This document shows, one piece after another, positions 26,871 through 40,738 of a stretch of DNA of 64,000 nucleotides; position 1 is the stretch's first letter, and each line of letters opens with the position of its first letter. Location: positions 11,098,001-11,162,000 of the forward strand of contig JBHGNT010000016.1 of the NCBI GenBank assembly GCA_043228905.1. Direction: 5' to 3'. The DNA comes from Azolla caroliniana (taxonomy: Eukaryota; Plantae; Polypodiophyta). The position numbers were made by a program, and so were the translations under genes. The notes below the pieces were generated by a model. The model searched no databases and was not told the DNA's origin. It was given only the letters and a program-made list of their open reading frames with translations.

Positions 26871-29800
26871 TCATGACACTATCCCCCCCTTAAGACGACA
26901 AGTGTAACGAGTTGGCGCTGATTGCGGACTGGGTTTGTCTGGATACTTTTGGTGGAAATTAGCAAGAAGATCCTGAGCATTGGCGATATGCTCGACGGGT
27001 TCCCAAGTACGTTCGCTCGGACTATAACCGAGCCAATCGACCAAATAATAAAGTTTGTTTCGAACAAGTTTGGAATCGAGGACGGCAGCAACTTCATACT
27101 CTGGGCCGACGTCCAACTCAAGCGGGGGCAGCGGTGGTGTAACATGATCGGGAATAGTGTTTGCTTTATAAGGTTCAAGAAGAGAGCTATGGAAAACCGG
27201 AATTTTTATCTGAAGATGCGGAGGGAGATCAAGGTGGAACGTGACATCATTAACCTTACCAGTAATACGGAAAGGACCGAGTTGTCGATAATCCAACTTG
27301 TCACATGGTCGAGTAGTCTTGATGTGACGACGTAAGAGCCATACTCGATCTCCGATGGAAAAGGAGGAGGGAAGCCGATGACGATCGACATAAGTCTTCT
27401 GTGTGTGTTGAGCATGATGATGATGAGTAGAGAGATCCAGCTAGATCTTGCGTAGCCTCTCTAAATGATCCTTGGCACGAGGATTGGTAGGTAGCTCCGG
27501 GGTGTCAATCACCGACGAGCAAGGATGAGAGCCGGTATAAGCGTAAAATGGGGAGACCCGAGTCGAGGAGTGAACAACATTATTATACGCAAACTCCGCA
27601 AAGTGGAGAATCTCGGTTCAATCGTCATATTGATAACTCAGAAAACACCGGAGATATTGTTCCAACGTTTGGTTTGTTCGTTCCGCCTGCCCATCGGTCT
27701 GGGGATGGTAGCCGGAGGAGAGGTTGCAAGAGACCTTGAGCATCTTGAAGAGATGCTGCCAAAATTTGGAAACGAATTGAGGGCCTTGGTCATTGATGAT
27801 ACTGTTTGGGAGGCCATGATACCGAAATACCTCACACATGACAAGGGCAGTGGTTTCCTTGCTAGTGATGGCCTTAATACACGACACAAAATTTGCCATC
27901 TTAGTATATCGATCGACGATAGTTAAGATAGCATCGAACCCCTTTGAGACCGGCAGATCTGTGATAAAATCAAGACAAATAGACTGCCATGGCTTACTTG
28001 GAATCGGTAAGGGTTCCAACAAGACATATGGATGGTGTCGTGGCATCTTTGCTCGACAGCAAGCATCACAGGTCCGAACGTAGTCGTAGACAAAACTTCG
28101 CATATGGGGCCACCAAAAAGATCGTTGAACTAGATCCAACGTCTTAGTACTACCAAAATGTCTCGCCGTATGGGTTTCGTGACAACTTTGGACGATTTGA
28201 AGGCGACAGGAGCAATCGGGGACATATACAAGCTTTTTAAAGAATAACAACCCATCATGATATTTGAATTGTCGGTAGTCCATACCTGGTCGTTGAGACT
28301 AGGAGCAGGATGCCCGAGAGGTATCAATGTGCGCCAGAATGTCTTGAGCAAAACAATCCATCTTCAAGTTCGCACCTATGGCATTAGTAATCCGGGAATC
28401 CATTGGGGTGTGAAAAATCCGCATTGTGTGCAATCATGTTGGTCCCAAGGTTACTTGCTTTTGATTATCAAACGCTGGATCACTAGGACGAGGTGCAAGA
28501 TATAAAGGCCGTGATAGTGCATCTGCTTTTTCTTGATGCTTCCCCGGTCGATACATGATTTTGAAGTCAAAACGTGTGAGGAATTGTGCCCACCGAGCTT
28601 GCCGTCGATTTAGCACACGAGCGTTCTCGAAATAAGCAAGATTTTTGTGATCGCTGAAGACGATAACCTGATGTGGAGAGCCCTCTAAGAAATGCCGCCA
28701 TTGCACAAATGAATCTACGATGGCTAATAACTCCTTGTCATGTATTTCGTAGTTGATTTTTGTGGCATCGAATTTGCGCAAATGGAACGCCACAGGATGT
28801 AACTCTTCTTTATCTCCTCTGTGGAGAAAGGATGCTACCGAGGGAGAAATCCGATGCATCGGCCTCCATGATGAATGGTTTGTTTGTATCCACATGAGCT
28901 AGAATAGGAGCTGATGTAAAGGCTTTCTTAAGATGCCGAAAAGCCATGTCTGCTTCATTGGACCAAAGGAATGCATGTCCCTTCTTCGTAAGCTGTGTGA
29001 GAGGTAAAATAATCTTCGAGTAATCTAGTATAAACTTGCGGTAGAAGTTAGCAAAACCTAGAAAACATTGTACATCTTGTAACGAACGGGGAGTTTGCCA
29101 CTCTAGCACAGTTTTGACTTTAGTTGGATCCATGGAGGTGCCCCTTGAGGAGATGACGTAGCCTAGAAATCCCACTTGCTTGCAGTCAAAGCTACATTTT
29201 TCTAGCTTGGCATAAAGACCATTCTCGCGAGTCGTTTTAGTACTAATAGTACATGAGAATTGTGCTCCTCTTGGGTCTTCGAATAAATCAATAGATCATC
29301 TAGATAGATGATCAAATAGATATCCAAGAGGTCTCTGAATATATCATTTGCCATGTGTTGGAAGACTACGGGTGCATTGGTTAGACCGAACGGCATAACA
29401 ATATACTCGAAATGCCCATACCGCGTGCGAAAGGCGGTCTTCCATTCATCTCCCTATCAGATCCGCACGAGGTTATATGCTCCTCGTAGATTGATTTTTG
29501 TAAAAAACTTGGCACCATTAACTTGCTCTAAAAGACTTGATATAAGAGGAAGTGCATACCTATTTTGGATGGTGACCTTATTCAAGTTGTGGTAATCAAC
29601 GACGAGACGAAATAAGCCATCTTTCTTCTTGACAAAGAAGATGGGTGCACCAGCCGGAGATTTCGAATGACGAATAAACCTGCTTGCCAAGTTCTCCTCT
29701 ATGTAGGCTCGAAGGACTTCTAACTCGATTAGTGACAAATTGTAGATTGGTCCCCACGGTGGCTCTGCTCCTGGTTGTTAATCGATGGGCCAATCATAGG

Positions 29801-30470
29801 GACGATGATTAGGAAGAGTACCGGCTTTTACCTTGTCAAATACATCGGCATAAGGATGATATTTGGCCAGAAGTTGCACTAAGGATTCCTCCTTAATATT
29901 GCTGGAAGGATGTACTGATATTGCAAATAGGAACATTGCCTCCTTGTGTCCTTCTTCGCATAGTTGACGTAGTGAAATGGTCAAAACTCGATGAGTAGAT
30001 TCTTGGTGTTGTCGATATCGGACTTCTTTGGTTCTCCAATCTATCTCTGGATTATTTAATTCAAACCAATGTAATCCCAGGACAATGGGATGCTCTGGAC
30101 TACTAATTATATTGAATGATACTACACACACAAAACTACCTAGGACAACCTGAATGGGTTCTGACACTTCGATAATATTCTCGAAAGCAATGGGACGACC
30201 ATCAATGACTACTACAGATGCGGGGCAAGGAAGTTTTCTTAAGGATATCTGAGAAGCTTGGGCAAAATTTCGATCCATGAAACAGGAATTGGCTCTGGAA
30301 TCTAAAAGTGCTAGGACGTGTATTGGAGGAGTACTTTTAGTACTAACCATGACTTAGGCTAGGAACACATTGCTAACTTGCTTGGAGGGAATGGAACCAC
30401 TAATGGGCTGTATAGATCTAGGGTTGTCCAACCAAACGACTCCTATTTTGGCTGGACTCAGTCGTTTAAC
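26871..30470 (-). pseudogene. Tcn-B pol
   Basis: ORFs 29778, 29457, 29202, 28810, 28434, 27618 and 26871 (chromodomain). Confidence 0.94.
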
Positions 30471-31615
30471 TCTTCATCTAATTGACTAAGGATTTCAAAT
30501 TTGTTTGAGATACTTGGGCTAGTAGTACTATTAATACTATTAGACACTCTATTTGTACTATTAATACTATCAGACACTCCTAAGGGAAGAATTGACTCGG
30601 GTTTAGTACAGGCTATGATTTGATTTACTTGTCTTGTTGGCCTATGGGGACAGTTGTTTGCGATATGCCCTGGTCCACCGCAATAAAGATATAATCGATT
30701 TGCACATCGTCGTTGCTTTTCTTCTTCCGATAATGGGCCACATTGACGCATGGTGTCGATCTCCATCGGTGTCGGAGTATTTGCTTGAGAAATGTCTCGT
30801 GCAAACGGTTTAGCCGCGATTGAGGCATATGTGGGTTCCGGCCTAGGGCGTGGTATTTGTAATTGACGTTCCAAACGCCGTTCGAAAAGGTGGTTATCGC
30901 AATGAACCGCTCGACTGATTGCCTTTGTAAGAGACTTTCGTTCTTCGGGGAAGGTTAGAAGTAGATCTTTGACATCGTTTTACAGGCCGTAGCGAAACTG
31001 CTCCATTAGTGCTTGATCATCCCAGGGGATATCTGAGCCGAGTAGATGGAAATCCGCTACGTATGTAGAGGCTGGACGATCGCCTTGACGCAATCGTCGG
31101 ATTTTGTTGACCGCCATCCTGATGCTATCTATATCTCCAAACCAAGCTTTAAAATAGCTAATAAAGTCTTCAAAGTTATTAAGTAAGGGCGATTGTTTTT
31201 CTAGAAGCGGAGGAAACCATGCCAAGGTTGAGCTGCTAAGCAATGTGCTTATTAGGCCGACTCGGGATGCATCCGTGGGGTATCGAGAAGGATGCATTTG
31301 AATGACTAAGCATACCTGATTGAGGAATCCCCTAAATTGCGATCGCGTTCCATCAAATTTTACGAGAAGTCCAATCTTGGGGTCTTTATGAAATCCTTGG
31401 GGACTTGATCCTTGTTGTTGCAACGCTGCTTGGAGTTGTTGCACACGTAACGCTAACTCCCCATGTTGTTGCTGCGTTTTCTGTTTTTCGAGGGCAATTT
31501 GTTGAAGATCCCCTAACAACCGTTGGTTTTCTTGTTCCAAGGCAACAAAATTTTCTTTTAGACACTGTAGCTCGGAGAAAACGGATTGGTATTCTTGGGT
31601 GCTAACACAAGCCAT
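30458..31615 (-). pseudogene. Tcn-B gag
   Basis: MACVSTQEYQSVF...; homologous to the intact gag at 44655. Confidence 0.93.
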
Positions 31616-32110
31616 TGTATAGAAAAAGGATAAGAGGATGAGGGAATCCAAAAGAAAGACTAGAGAGAAGAAAATTGGTTCAAACTGTCCGGAATAGTAC
31701 TAAACAGAGAGAGAATTAGTACTAGAGAAGGGAAGTACTATTAGTACTAAGAGGACGGGACTACGTAAGACTCCTCAACGAGAGAAAGAGGGAAGAGGAG
31801 AGAGAGAGATGATGATACCAGATGATATATTATGTGAAGAGTAAGTACAAAAGGGCTATGAGGCTTAAGACTGGCGTTGAACCAATTTGGTTCAAAATAA
31901 TGCCTAGTGCCTTCTTTTATAGTGTTCTTAGGAGTAATCCTAAAGCTTCTAGAATGTTCCAGAGAAATCTGGAATATACATTAATTTCCTATAATAAAAC
32001 TTAAATGAAAATAATATCCTACGTATTACAATAGATGGTATAATGGTCAAGAGCTCGACCCATATAATATAAGTTCATGGGTTCGAGTCTTGTCATATCT
32101 TGACATTTTG

Positions 32111-35100
32111 GCTCTGGATGACAGATACGAGTTCGGTAAGACCCACCGGTTTAATAGAAGATCTGGAGGTATCAATTGGAGGACATGCATTCTGCATTTC
32201 TGTGGTAGTTCTCCAGTTAAATGATCAAGTGGCTTATCCACTATTGCTTGGGTGACCATGGTTGAGGACGACGCACATTAAACAAAACTGGCAGAAGAAC
32301 ATGCTTACGTTTCGACGAGGTAAAACCAAAGTACGGGTACCGACACATCCACAAATGGGAACCGGTAAAGAGCTAACGCCGTTATACGCTAAAAGTGTAA
32401 ACATGTTGGAAGGGCTCGCCGACAAGGAAGTCGATTGGTATCTCGAGGAGAATCCAAAAATCGTGCCTTTGTTCGAAATAGATGTGGCCGAAGCAGTCTC
32501 CCCGTATATTGCACAACCGGAAGATGTCGGAGAGGAACCGGATAGAGATGCCATCAGAGAAACTGTGTCAAGCACAAGAGGCTCTGGAACGAGAGATGGC
32601 GGTATCTCAGCGGGTGAAGGTGTCCTAGCTGGAAGAAGTAAACTTGGGAACTGGAGAGGAAGCACGACCAATGCATATTGCCAAAGAGATGTCACCGGAA
32701 AACAAGACGACAATGATTACATTATTAAAAGAATTCTGGAACGTATTTCCTTGGTCCTATGAGGATATGCGAGGGCTGGATCCGCAACTATATCACCATC
32801 AGATACATCTCAGCAAGGACACCAAACCAGTAGCACAAAGGCGCTATCGAATGAACCCAAACTATGCGGCAAGGGTAAAAGAGGAGATCGACAAATTACT
32901 CCGGGTCGGTTTTATCCGACCGGTTAAGAAAGCTACTTGGTTGAGTCTGATAGTCGTCGTGCCGAAGAAGAACGGTAAGACCCGGGTTTGACATGTCGAT
33001 TACCGGAAACTGAATGCCGCGACGGTTACCGATGCCTTTCCACTTCCATTTACGGATGGATTTTTGGACGCGGTAGCCGGTCACGAGGTTTATAGCTTGC
33101 TCGACGGTTTCAGTGGATACAATCAAATACGGATGCACCCCGATGACCAAGAAAAGACGACGTTCGTCACGGAATGGGCAATCTTTGTAGCAGTAGTAAT
33201 GATGTTCGGACTCAAGACGGTGCCGACTACCTTTTAGTGGATAATCATGGAGACATTTCGAGAATTCATCCCGACATTTATGCCGGTGTTCCTGGACGAC
33301 TTCATGGTGTATAGCTGACAAGGGGAACATCTCGACCATCTCTGGTTATGCCTAGAAAAATGCAGGGGTTACCGGTTAAGCTTGAACCCGACAAAGTGTG
33401 CGTTCCGGGTGACCAGTGGAATGCTACTTGGTCATATTGTCAGCAAGGACGGGATAGCCGTAGACCCTGATAAGGTCAAAGAAATTTTGGAGGCACTAGC
33501 ACCGACGACGACCAAAGAATAAAGCAGATTCTTAGGAACAATTCGGTGGCATAGCCGGATGCTCAGATACTTGGCAGACTTCGCAACGCTATTACACGCA
33601 ACCGTCCACCGAACACTGTTTAAATGGACAGAGGAAGAAGACACGGCCTACCGGGCACTCAAAGTAATGTTATCACAAGCACCAGTAGTACAACCCCTAG
33701 ACTAGTCCAAAGAATTCCATGTGTTCGTTGACGCGTCAGACATAGAAATCAGCAGCGCACTCATGCAGCTGACCGAACCCAAGTGGTACCGGCCGGTATA
33801 CTACGCCAGCCGAAAACTGTCACAGGTGGAGCGAAATTACTTCACAACGGAAAGAGAGGCCTTGGGGATGATTTACAGTGTCACAAAGTTCCGGCACTAT
33901 TTGTTGGGCCGAAAATTTTCATTTCACGTAGACCATTCAACACTATTGTATTTGGTCTCTAAGGCATCCCTCATTGGCAAGCTGGCCCGGTGGACATTGT
34001 TACTACAGGAATTCGAGTTTGAAATTTATCACCGGTTAGGGATACAACACGCGATTGCTGATTATTTGAGCCGGTTAAAATCCGAAGAGACCGGTGACGG
34101 TGTGCCAGATGAGTTTCCGGATGCCGAATTGTTTAAAATAATAGTGGAAACCACGACGGATAGTATAGTTGCGAACGCGGACAAATGGCTAACGAACATG
34201 CATCAGTTTTTAAGCACGAGATTACCTCCAGAAGAGATGAACCAGGATGAGCGGAAACGATTGGCGGTCCAGAGCCGACACTTTTGTTTATTATAGGATA
34301 CACTATACCACAAAGGAGTGGATGGCATAGGGCGGCGAGCGGTTCAGAGTGAAGAAAAAGACACCATATTACGGGAAGCGCATTACAGAGTCACCGGAGG
34401 GCACTATGCCGGTGAAGCGACAACAAGGAAGATATGGTGAAGTGGGCTATGGTGGCCAACGTCACTAAAAGATTCGGTTCGGTATACAAAGGAATGTGAA
34501 TTGGGTCAAAGGATGGGCCAACCGACAGAACAGGCGTGGATGCCTTACTAGCTGGTACTACCCTTGGAACCATTTCAGAAATGGGGGCTGGAATTCGTTG
34601 AGCCATTCAAGCCGCCGACAATGAAAACCGGCAATAAATACGTCATCGTCGCCACAGACTATTGCACCAATTGGGTAGAAGGAAAGGCTTTGCAAGATAA
34701 TACCACGACATCGACGACGAAGTTCCTGTACAAGTATATTTGGTGCCGGTATGGATGTCCAATCGAATTAATTAGCGACCAAGGTGGACACTTCCTTGGC
34801 CAAGTGGTGGAATGTCTAATAATGTTTTATGTGGTCGTACACAAGTGAAGCACCCCTTATTATCCGCAGGCCAATGGATTGGCCGAGTTCACCAATAAAA
34901 CTCTGCAGAACATTCTCTAGAAGATCATCAACGAGAACCGAACCGATTGGGATACAAAGCTGCACAACGCGTTATGGGCTTGCCGGATGGCATACAAAAC
35001 AAGTATCCCAACAACACCATTCCAGTTAGCGTTTGGTCTCGAAGCGGTAATGCCAATTGAGTTCCAGATTCCAAGCTTATGGATACCGGTCCGGGAGCGG

Positions 35101-35499
35101 CTTAGCAAGAAAGAGTCGGGAAAAAACCGGTTAGCAACACTATGCGAGCTGGAAGAGCACCGAATAGCGAGCCTAATGCAGATGGAACTCAAGAAACAAT
35201 GAAGGAAAGCATTTGTCGACCGCTATCGGAAGGGTAACGAGAAGATGTTTGGCATCAGCAAGCCGGTACTAGTGTTCCAGACCCGGATTTGCAAGATGTC
35301 GGGGAAGCTACGGTTCCGGAGGACCGGACCAGATTGGATAATGCGAGAGTTCAATGGCTCATATCAGCTGGGAAGGTTAGCCGGTGAGGTGCTGGAGAAG
35401 TGGGTAAATGGGTTCCGACTTAAACCATATTATGGACCCATGCCACAGAACCCGTTTCATCAACCGGAGAACAATGCGGAAATAGGTAGTGGCAAGTAG
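32111..35499 (+). pseudogene. G1 pol (end of PR, RT, RNase H, integrase)
   Basis: FPWSYEDMRGLDP, VVVPKKNGK, FVDAS...YYASRKL...TTEREALG, LISDQGGHF, and WVNGFRLKPY in the GPF/Y region. Confidence 0.93.
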
Positions 35500-35818
35500 T
35501 TGGCCGGCAACCATGAAGAACAACAGACATGGGGGCCGAGGTTATCGGGTAACCGGAACTAAAATAAAATTAAAAAAAAAACAAAAAAAATATATCATCA
35601 TGTAGAGGTTAGGAATGAACGGACACCTCGAAAAGGTGTAGTGGCTATTTAAAGCCTAGTTAAAGTGCACCACGTGTCACACAGTTGTTATTATAGTACA
35701 TTATGTGCATGCGCGGGAATCGAGAAAGGCGCCAAGCATGTGAACAAGAAACCTCCGCCTCACAGAGTCTCATTCATTTCGCAAACACAGAGCATTGAAC
35801 GCAAAAAGGACAATATAA

Positions 35819-38674
35819 GTGAACAAACGAACGCAGGAAGCACAAACAAGCACATTGGCCCTACCTACCCCCGCCGAACCAGAAGACGAGATGGAACCTA
35901 TGGCACTTTCCGAAACAGCCAAGAAGTGGTTCAACCAACATGGGCTGGGAGGCTTCCTGAGGATAGCAGAGGCACCGCCGCATGACGAATTAGAAGAAGT
36001 TGTGTAGAAAATCGACATGGAGGTCATAATGGAGGAAGCCATCCGCGCGCTAATCAGACTACCGGAAGGGGGTATCTACTTGATCGAGAACCCATCTCCT
36101 GAAACACTAACCAAGTTTTTTGGCAAGTATTACCTCGCTAGTAAGGCTCATCGGACACAAGGTGGAGAGGACCCCTTGTTCAGAGAAGTGGCTCGTGTCC
36201 TCCACGAGTATGGGTTCGTGTACCCCCGACCCCCAATAATGCCAAAGAACAAAGCCGGTTTCATCATTGCTACATACACAGGGGTGCAAGTGGATTGGTC
36301 AGTGATCATTGCCGATTGCTTGCGGATGGCGATAGAATCAGTGCAGAATGGCAAGAAATTATGGATGACCGTGGCTTAATGGCTGACTCTTTTGGCGCCA
36401 CCGGTGGAGCCGGTAAGGACTAAGAAGCGGGTTCGAGTAACGGAGACCACGCCTAACAAACCTTCAAAACGACAACAACTTTTGGCCAAACACACGCCTG
36501 GATGGTAAGAGGGCAGTACCTCATAGCAAGGGAAAGACCAGCCTAGCCAGAAGAGACAAGCGGAGACAGAGACATCGGTAGGGCCATTAGTAAGGCCTCT
36601 GAAAATCAAGCTGTGCCGATAGGAAGAAGAGCCGGACCCCTTGGCAACGAAAATCAATATCAAGACCCAAGAGGAGGCAGAGGAAGACCCCGCCGATAAC
36701 CTCCTACGTCGCCAGAAGCATAGCGAGGCGGAGCAGAAGGGGGTCGAATCGGGTCCGATGAAGGACAACGCACCGACACCCCGCTCTGAGGGACCGGAGC
36801 CAAGGAAGGAGGCGGAACCGGTTCAACCAGAACTGAGGGAAGAGTTACCTGTGCGGCCAGAAGCAGCAGTACTGGTGGTCCAAGAACCGGTGATTGAACT
36901 GCCTACCTCATCGGGGTTGCAGGCACAGCAACAACAGGAGTTGTCGCTGCAGTCAACAATCCAAAAAGGGCTTCCGGCGAGAATAGAGGCCACGCTACAA
37001 CCAGAACCGGCACGACATAAAGGCACCGACAGTCAATGGCTATGGTGGATCGGCGAGCAGGTGGCCAGGGTTGTGTGCCAAATAGAAATAGAGGAGAGAG
37101 CATAGGGGGATCGGTTGTTCGCCACGACCGAAGAACTTGAGAAGGCCCGATCGAGGATTAGGAGCATCGAAGAAGAAATTGTGCAGTCCAAAGCAGAGAC
37201 GGCTAAGTAGTTCACAGAGGGACCAAGACTATCAGAACCGGTGGCTCCGGGGAATGAGCAGACTGATCAGGTGCCGGTAACGGAAATAGCACCGGGTGCA
37301 AATATGGCACAAGAACAAGAACTCGCCACTCTCAAAGAGGAATTGGTAGCCCAAGAGGCCTTAAGAGCTAAAGAATGAGACCTGAAGAAGGCGGTGGAGG
37401 AAGAACAACGGAAAACGACAGAGAATTTCCAAAGAGCCAAAGACAATTTACAGAAAGGTCATCAAGCATATGACCGATTGAAGGAAGAAAAAGACAAACT
37501 GTTGCAAGAAAGGGAGAAACTCTGGCAATCGGCGGAAGTCGAGATTGAGCGGTTCCAAGAAGAACTCCGGCAACAGAAGGACCGAGAGGACCGGGCCCAA
37601 CGCCAAATCAACCAGTGGTTGGAACAGAAAATGGAGGATTTTGATAGGTTGCACTGGGATCACAAGCACCTAGAGGCGGAACACAAGAAATTGATGGCAG
37701 AAGGTGACCGACAACAAGAAAAGATGCGGGAACTCCGGGATGAAGTCCACAGGACGAAAACGGCATTGGCGGAGGAAAGGACCAAGGGAGTCAAAGCGGC
37801 AAAGATGCTAGCAGAAGCGGCGAAAGATAAACTGGAGCTTACCCGGCAACATCATGAGGAGATGGAATGAGCAAAGATGGCTATGAACACAGTTCAGACG
37901 ACTTATCAAACGCAATTGATGCAATATAAGGGACAAGCTGAGGCAACCACGATCCTCATAAAACAATTAAAGGATGAAAAGCAGGCCGTAGAGGAGAAGT
38001 CAAAGATGGGACTTGACCGTATCGGAGATATTGTACTGATATGGAGGAACCGAACGAAGAAGTTAGTTGAAGAAAGTTTATTATAGTGGTGGTCCAAATG
38101 GGTAAAGTAGGCAGCCAAGTTCCAGGTCTTGCGAGCGGATGCGGAGAACCGGCAAAAGGATAGCGATAACTTCTACAAACTTGATGCGGAAAGCATTGTG
38201 ACCATATGGGAAGAATTATTGGATGACTTCCTATCACTGGCCGGAGAACAACTGGTGGCGGTGGGCCGGTTGGTGGAATAGCTGGATGACGACCAACTGG
38301 ATACCCAACTCTAGTTCGAGCGTTACGAATGAGAGCGGAGATAGAAAATGGAGCCTAGAAGAACGATGACAATTAACATTAGTGACGAGGAGAAATCTCC
38401 GGAGCAGACGCCGAATGCAGCTGAAACCGGAGAAAGCTAGACAAAAGTTGCTCAAGAGGAGCAACCAAAGGTATCCGACCCGAAAGAACCAGTGCAAGCC
38501 GGAGATCAGGAGCAAGAGGAGCCCAGAACAGATGAGCCGGAAGGGATGAAAACTGGAGAGGAGGAGCATGCCGGAGAGCAACAACAACAACCACAACAAC
38601 AAACGGAGTGATTGCCCGAAGAACCTCTAGAACCCTTGGACCAAAGCATTCTAGACATTTTGACAGACGAGTGA
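35819..38674 (+). pseudogene. G1 extra 3' ORF (~950 codons; globular N-terminal domain plus long coiled coil)
   Basis: ORFs 35819, 36017, 36641, 37394 and 37877 share one frame, which continues to TGA at 38672 interrupted only by point stops. Confidence 0.8.
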
Positions 38675-38729
38675 TGAAGGGCTAACCGTAGGTTTGACGT
38701 ACAATGTACTGTCCCATGGGTGTGCCATG

Positions 38730-39238
38730 TGTTGGCCTGCAAGGCAAAAAGGGCCAATTAGAGTCTAGAATGTAAAAGGGGTATTTAGTTAGGAATAGGG
38801 AGTTTAAATTAATAAGTATTATGAAATTAATTAGTATTATGAGAATTAATAAGTATTATGCTATTTTGAGAAGCGGATGGGTGGACCCAAAATCGGTATA
38901 CTGATTCGGATCCGGACCGGATCGTTGTCGGTTGCTGGTTGGCACCGGTTTGTAACTTAGTCGCAGACCTATAAAAGGACCCAACAATAATGTAATCAAT
39001 GATGGATAATTAATAGAAGTGTTGTTGTTTTGCATATGATTAAGTGTCTATCTGATTACCGTTCTGTGCTTAAGTTAATTCATCTTACACGTGTATTACA
39101 ATCATTAACCATGCGGGTTAGTAACCGGTTAAGACCCGTTTGTTATCACGGTCCATCCATATCTTCCTATACCACCCTTTGGAGAAGTGTTCCATAGGGA
39201 CACCCTGGGTTAGGGCTTGTCCAGCCTAAGGGATAACA
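38730..39238 (+). repeat. 3' LTR of G1
   Basis: Matches 11889-12379; TSD follows. Confidence 0.92.
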
Positions 39239-39479
39239 AACGATACACAATATTCGTACATGCACACATACTACACTTACATAGAAATTAAAGATACACA
39301 ATATTCATACACATACACATACACAAATTCAGGCATCAACGTACATACACACACATCCATCAACAAGCATACACACAATTAAGGAAACCTATTGATACAC
39401 ATCACAATTTTATTTTATTTTTATTATTTTTATAAGGATATCAATTCATTAGTGTAAGCAATTTACATTGGTATAGCCT

Positions 39480-40314
39480 TCGACCTTGATCAGGGCGGTG
39501 TTGTTAGAGGAGCTTCGAAGAAAGTCGATGGGGCTTACCATCGATTATAGTGCCAAAGCTCACTTCTATGGGGGAATGGCTCAGAGGTTCGGCTACGATT
39601 AAAGCAGGCTGAGAAGGAGACATGACTAACAATGGGTGAAGTTGAAAGGTGTGCCATCAAACGCCTCACCATTCACTGTCAAAGCTCACTTTTTTGGGGG
39701 AATGGCTCAGAGGTTCTACTGTGATCAAAGCAGGCCGAGAAGGAGACATGACTAACAATGGTGGAAGTTGAGAGGTGTGCTATCAAACGTCTATTGCACA
39801 CACTACAGGAATGCCGACCACCAAGTTGTCGGTTGCTGGGCATTTAATAAGAAGGGCAGAAGCCGAAGATTTGAGAGGAACGCAAGCTCTTCTGAGTCGA
39901 ACCAGTCATCAACTGGCAACCGAATTCATGTTGCTGAATCACCATTGGGAGAAGTCCTTTCTTTCGAAGGCTCATCAACCGGTGACATCTTGTATAGTGC
40001 ACAATATGCATGAGCATGGTTGCTTGATTCGGGCGCAACCTTTCATGTGACCCCTCACAAAGAATGGATTTTGAACTATTCAACGAGTGCTGGATTGATC
40101 CGACTTGGAAATGCGTAGGAGTGCAAGACCACCGGAACAAGTGAAATACCCATTCGGTTGCCGAAAGGAAGCATCATCACCCTGCACTAAGTTCGGCATG
40201 TACCCGATCTTAAGAGGACTTTAATCTCCATCGGTATGTTGGTCGAAGATGAGTACAAGATGACATTGAGTGAGTCGTCATCGCACATCTCGAAAAGAAA
40301 TCTGCACATCGGTT
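39480..40314 (+). pseudogene. Degenerate copia (Tnt1/Tork-like) gag-protease fragment
   Basis: WLLDSGATFHVTPHKEW at ~40017-40068, a degenerate zinc knuckle, and VRHVPDLKRTLISIG. It contains a ~120-bp internal duplication (~39554 / ~39680). The left boundary is approximate. Confidence 0.75.
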
Positions 40315-40632
40315 TGTTGGAGACAAGGTCATCAGTTAGCGGATAACGAATCAACACTATGGTGTGAAGAACAACACGTTGATAGTTGTAAACAAGATGA
40401 ACAGAGTGAAACCGAGACAGAGAGCATTACAAGATGTAACTATATTATTCAAAACTAAGAGGATACAACAAAATGAATGGCAACATTATCATCTCTTTAC
40501 AAACTAGGTACAAGTTTAGTTATATACTACTACACTAGGGAAACTGCCCTTTGAGCTTTAAATTACAAATGTAGCCCTACTTTGTCTAAATGGGACAATG
40601 TGAATACGACCATTATATACTCGTATTCAACA
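40315..40632 (-). mobile_element. Orphan 3' LTR of a small copia/TRIM-like element
   Basis: TGTTG...CAACA termini, followed by a PPT complement (CTTCCCC). Its terminal ~38 bp recur at 42686-42723. Confidence 0.6.
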
Positions 40633-40738
40633 CTTCCCCATAATGGGCGTATACATTAAAGAACATGTAATAAAGAAAAGAAGTATATAGATTATACAAA
40701 GACATGGTAACACTAATCGATTGTTTCCCTAAGTAGCC

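Larger units (their letters stand above)
26459..32105 (-). mobile_element. Chromovirus (Tcn1-like) Tcn-B
   Basis: 420-bp LTRs 26459-26878 and 31686-32105; TSD TTTTG; same domain order as Tcn-A, including the chromodomain. Confidence 0.96.
11889..39238 (+). mobile_element. Non-chromovirus Ty3/gypsy LTR retrotransposon G1 (Athila/Tat-like RT) with an extra 3' ORF; hosts two chromovirus insertions
   Basis: LTRs 11889-12379 and 38730-39238 (TGTTGGCC...GGGATAACA); TSD AACGA (11884-11888 / 39239-39243); PBS-like TGGTGACCACG at ~12387; PR-RT-RH-INT order; RT contains LDGFSGYNQIRMHPDDQEKT and FLDDF. Confidence 0.93.

Noticed and set aside
35819-38674. env gene
   Set aside because: No evident signal peptide or transmembrane helix; the product is mostly charged coiled coil.
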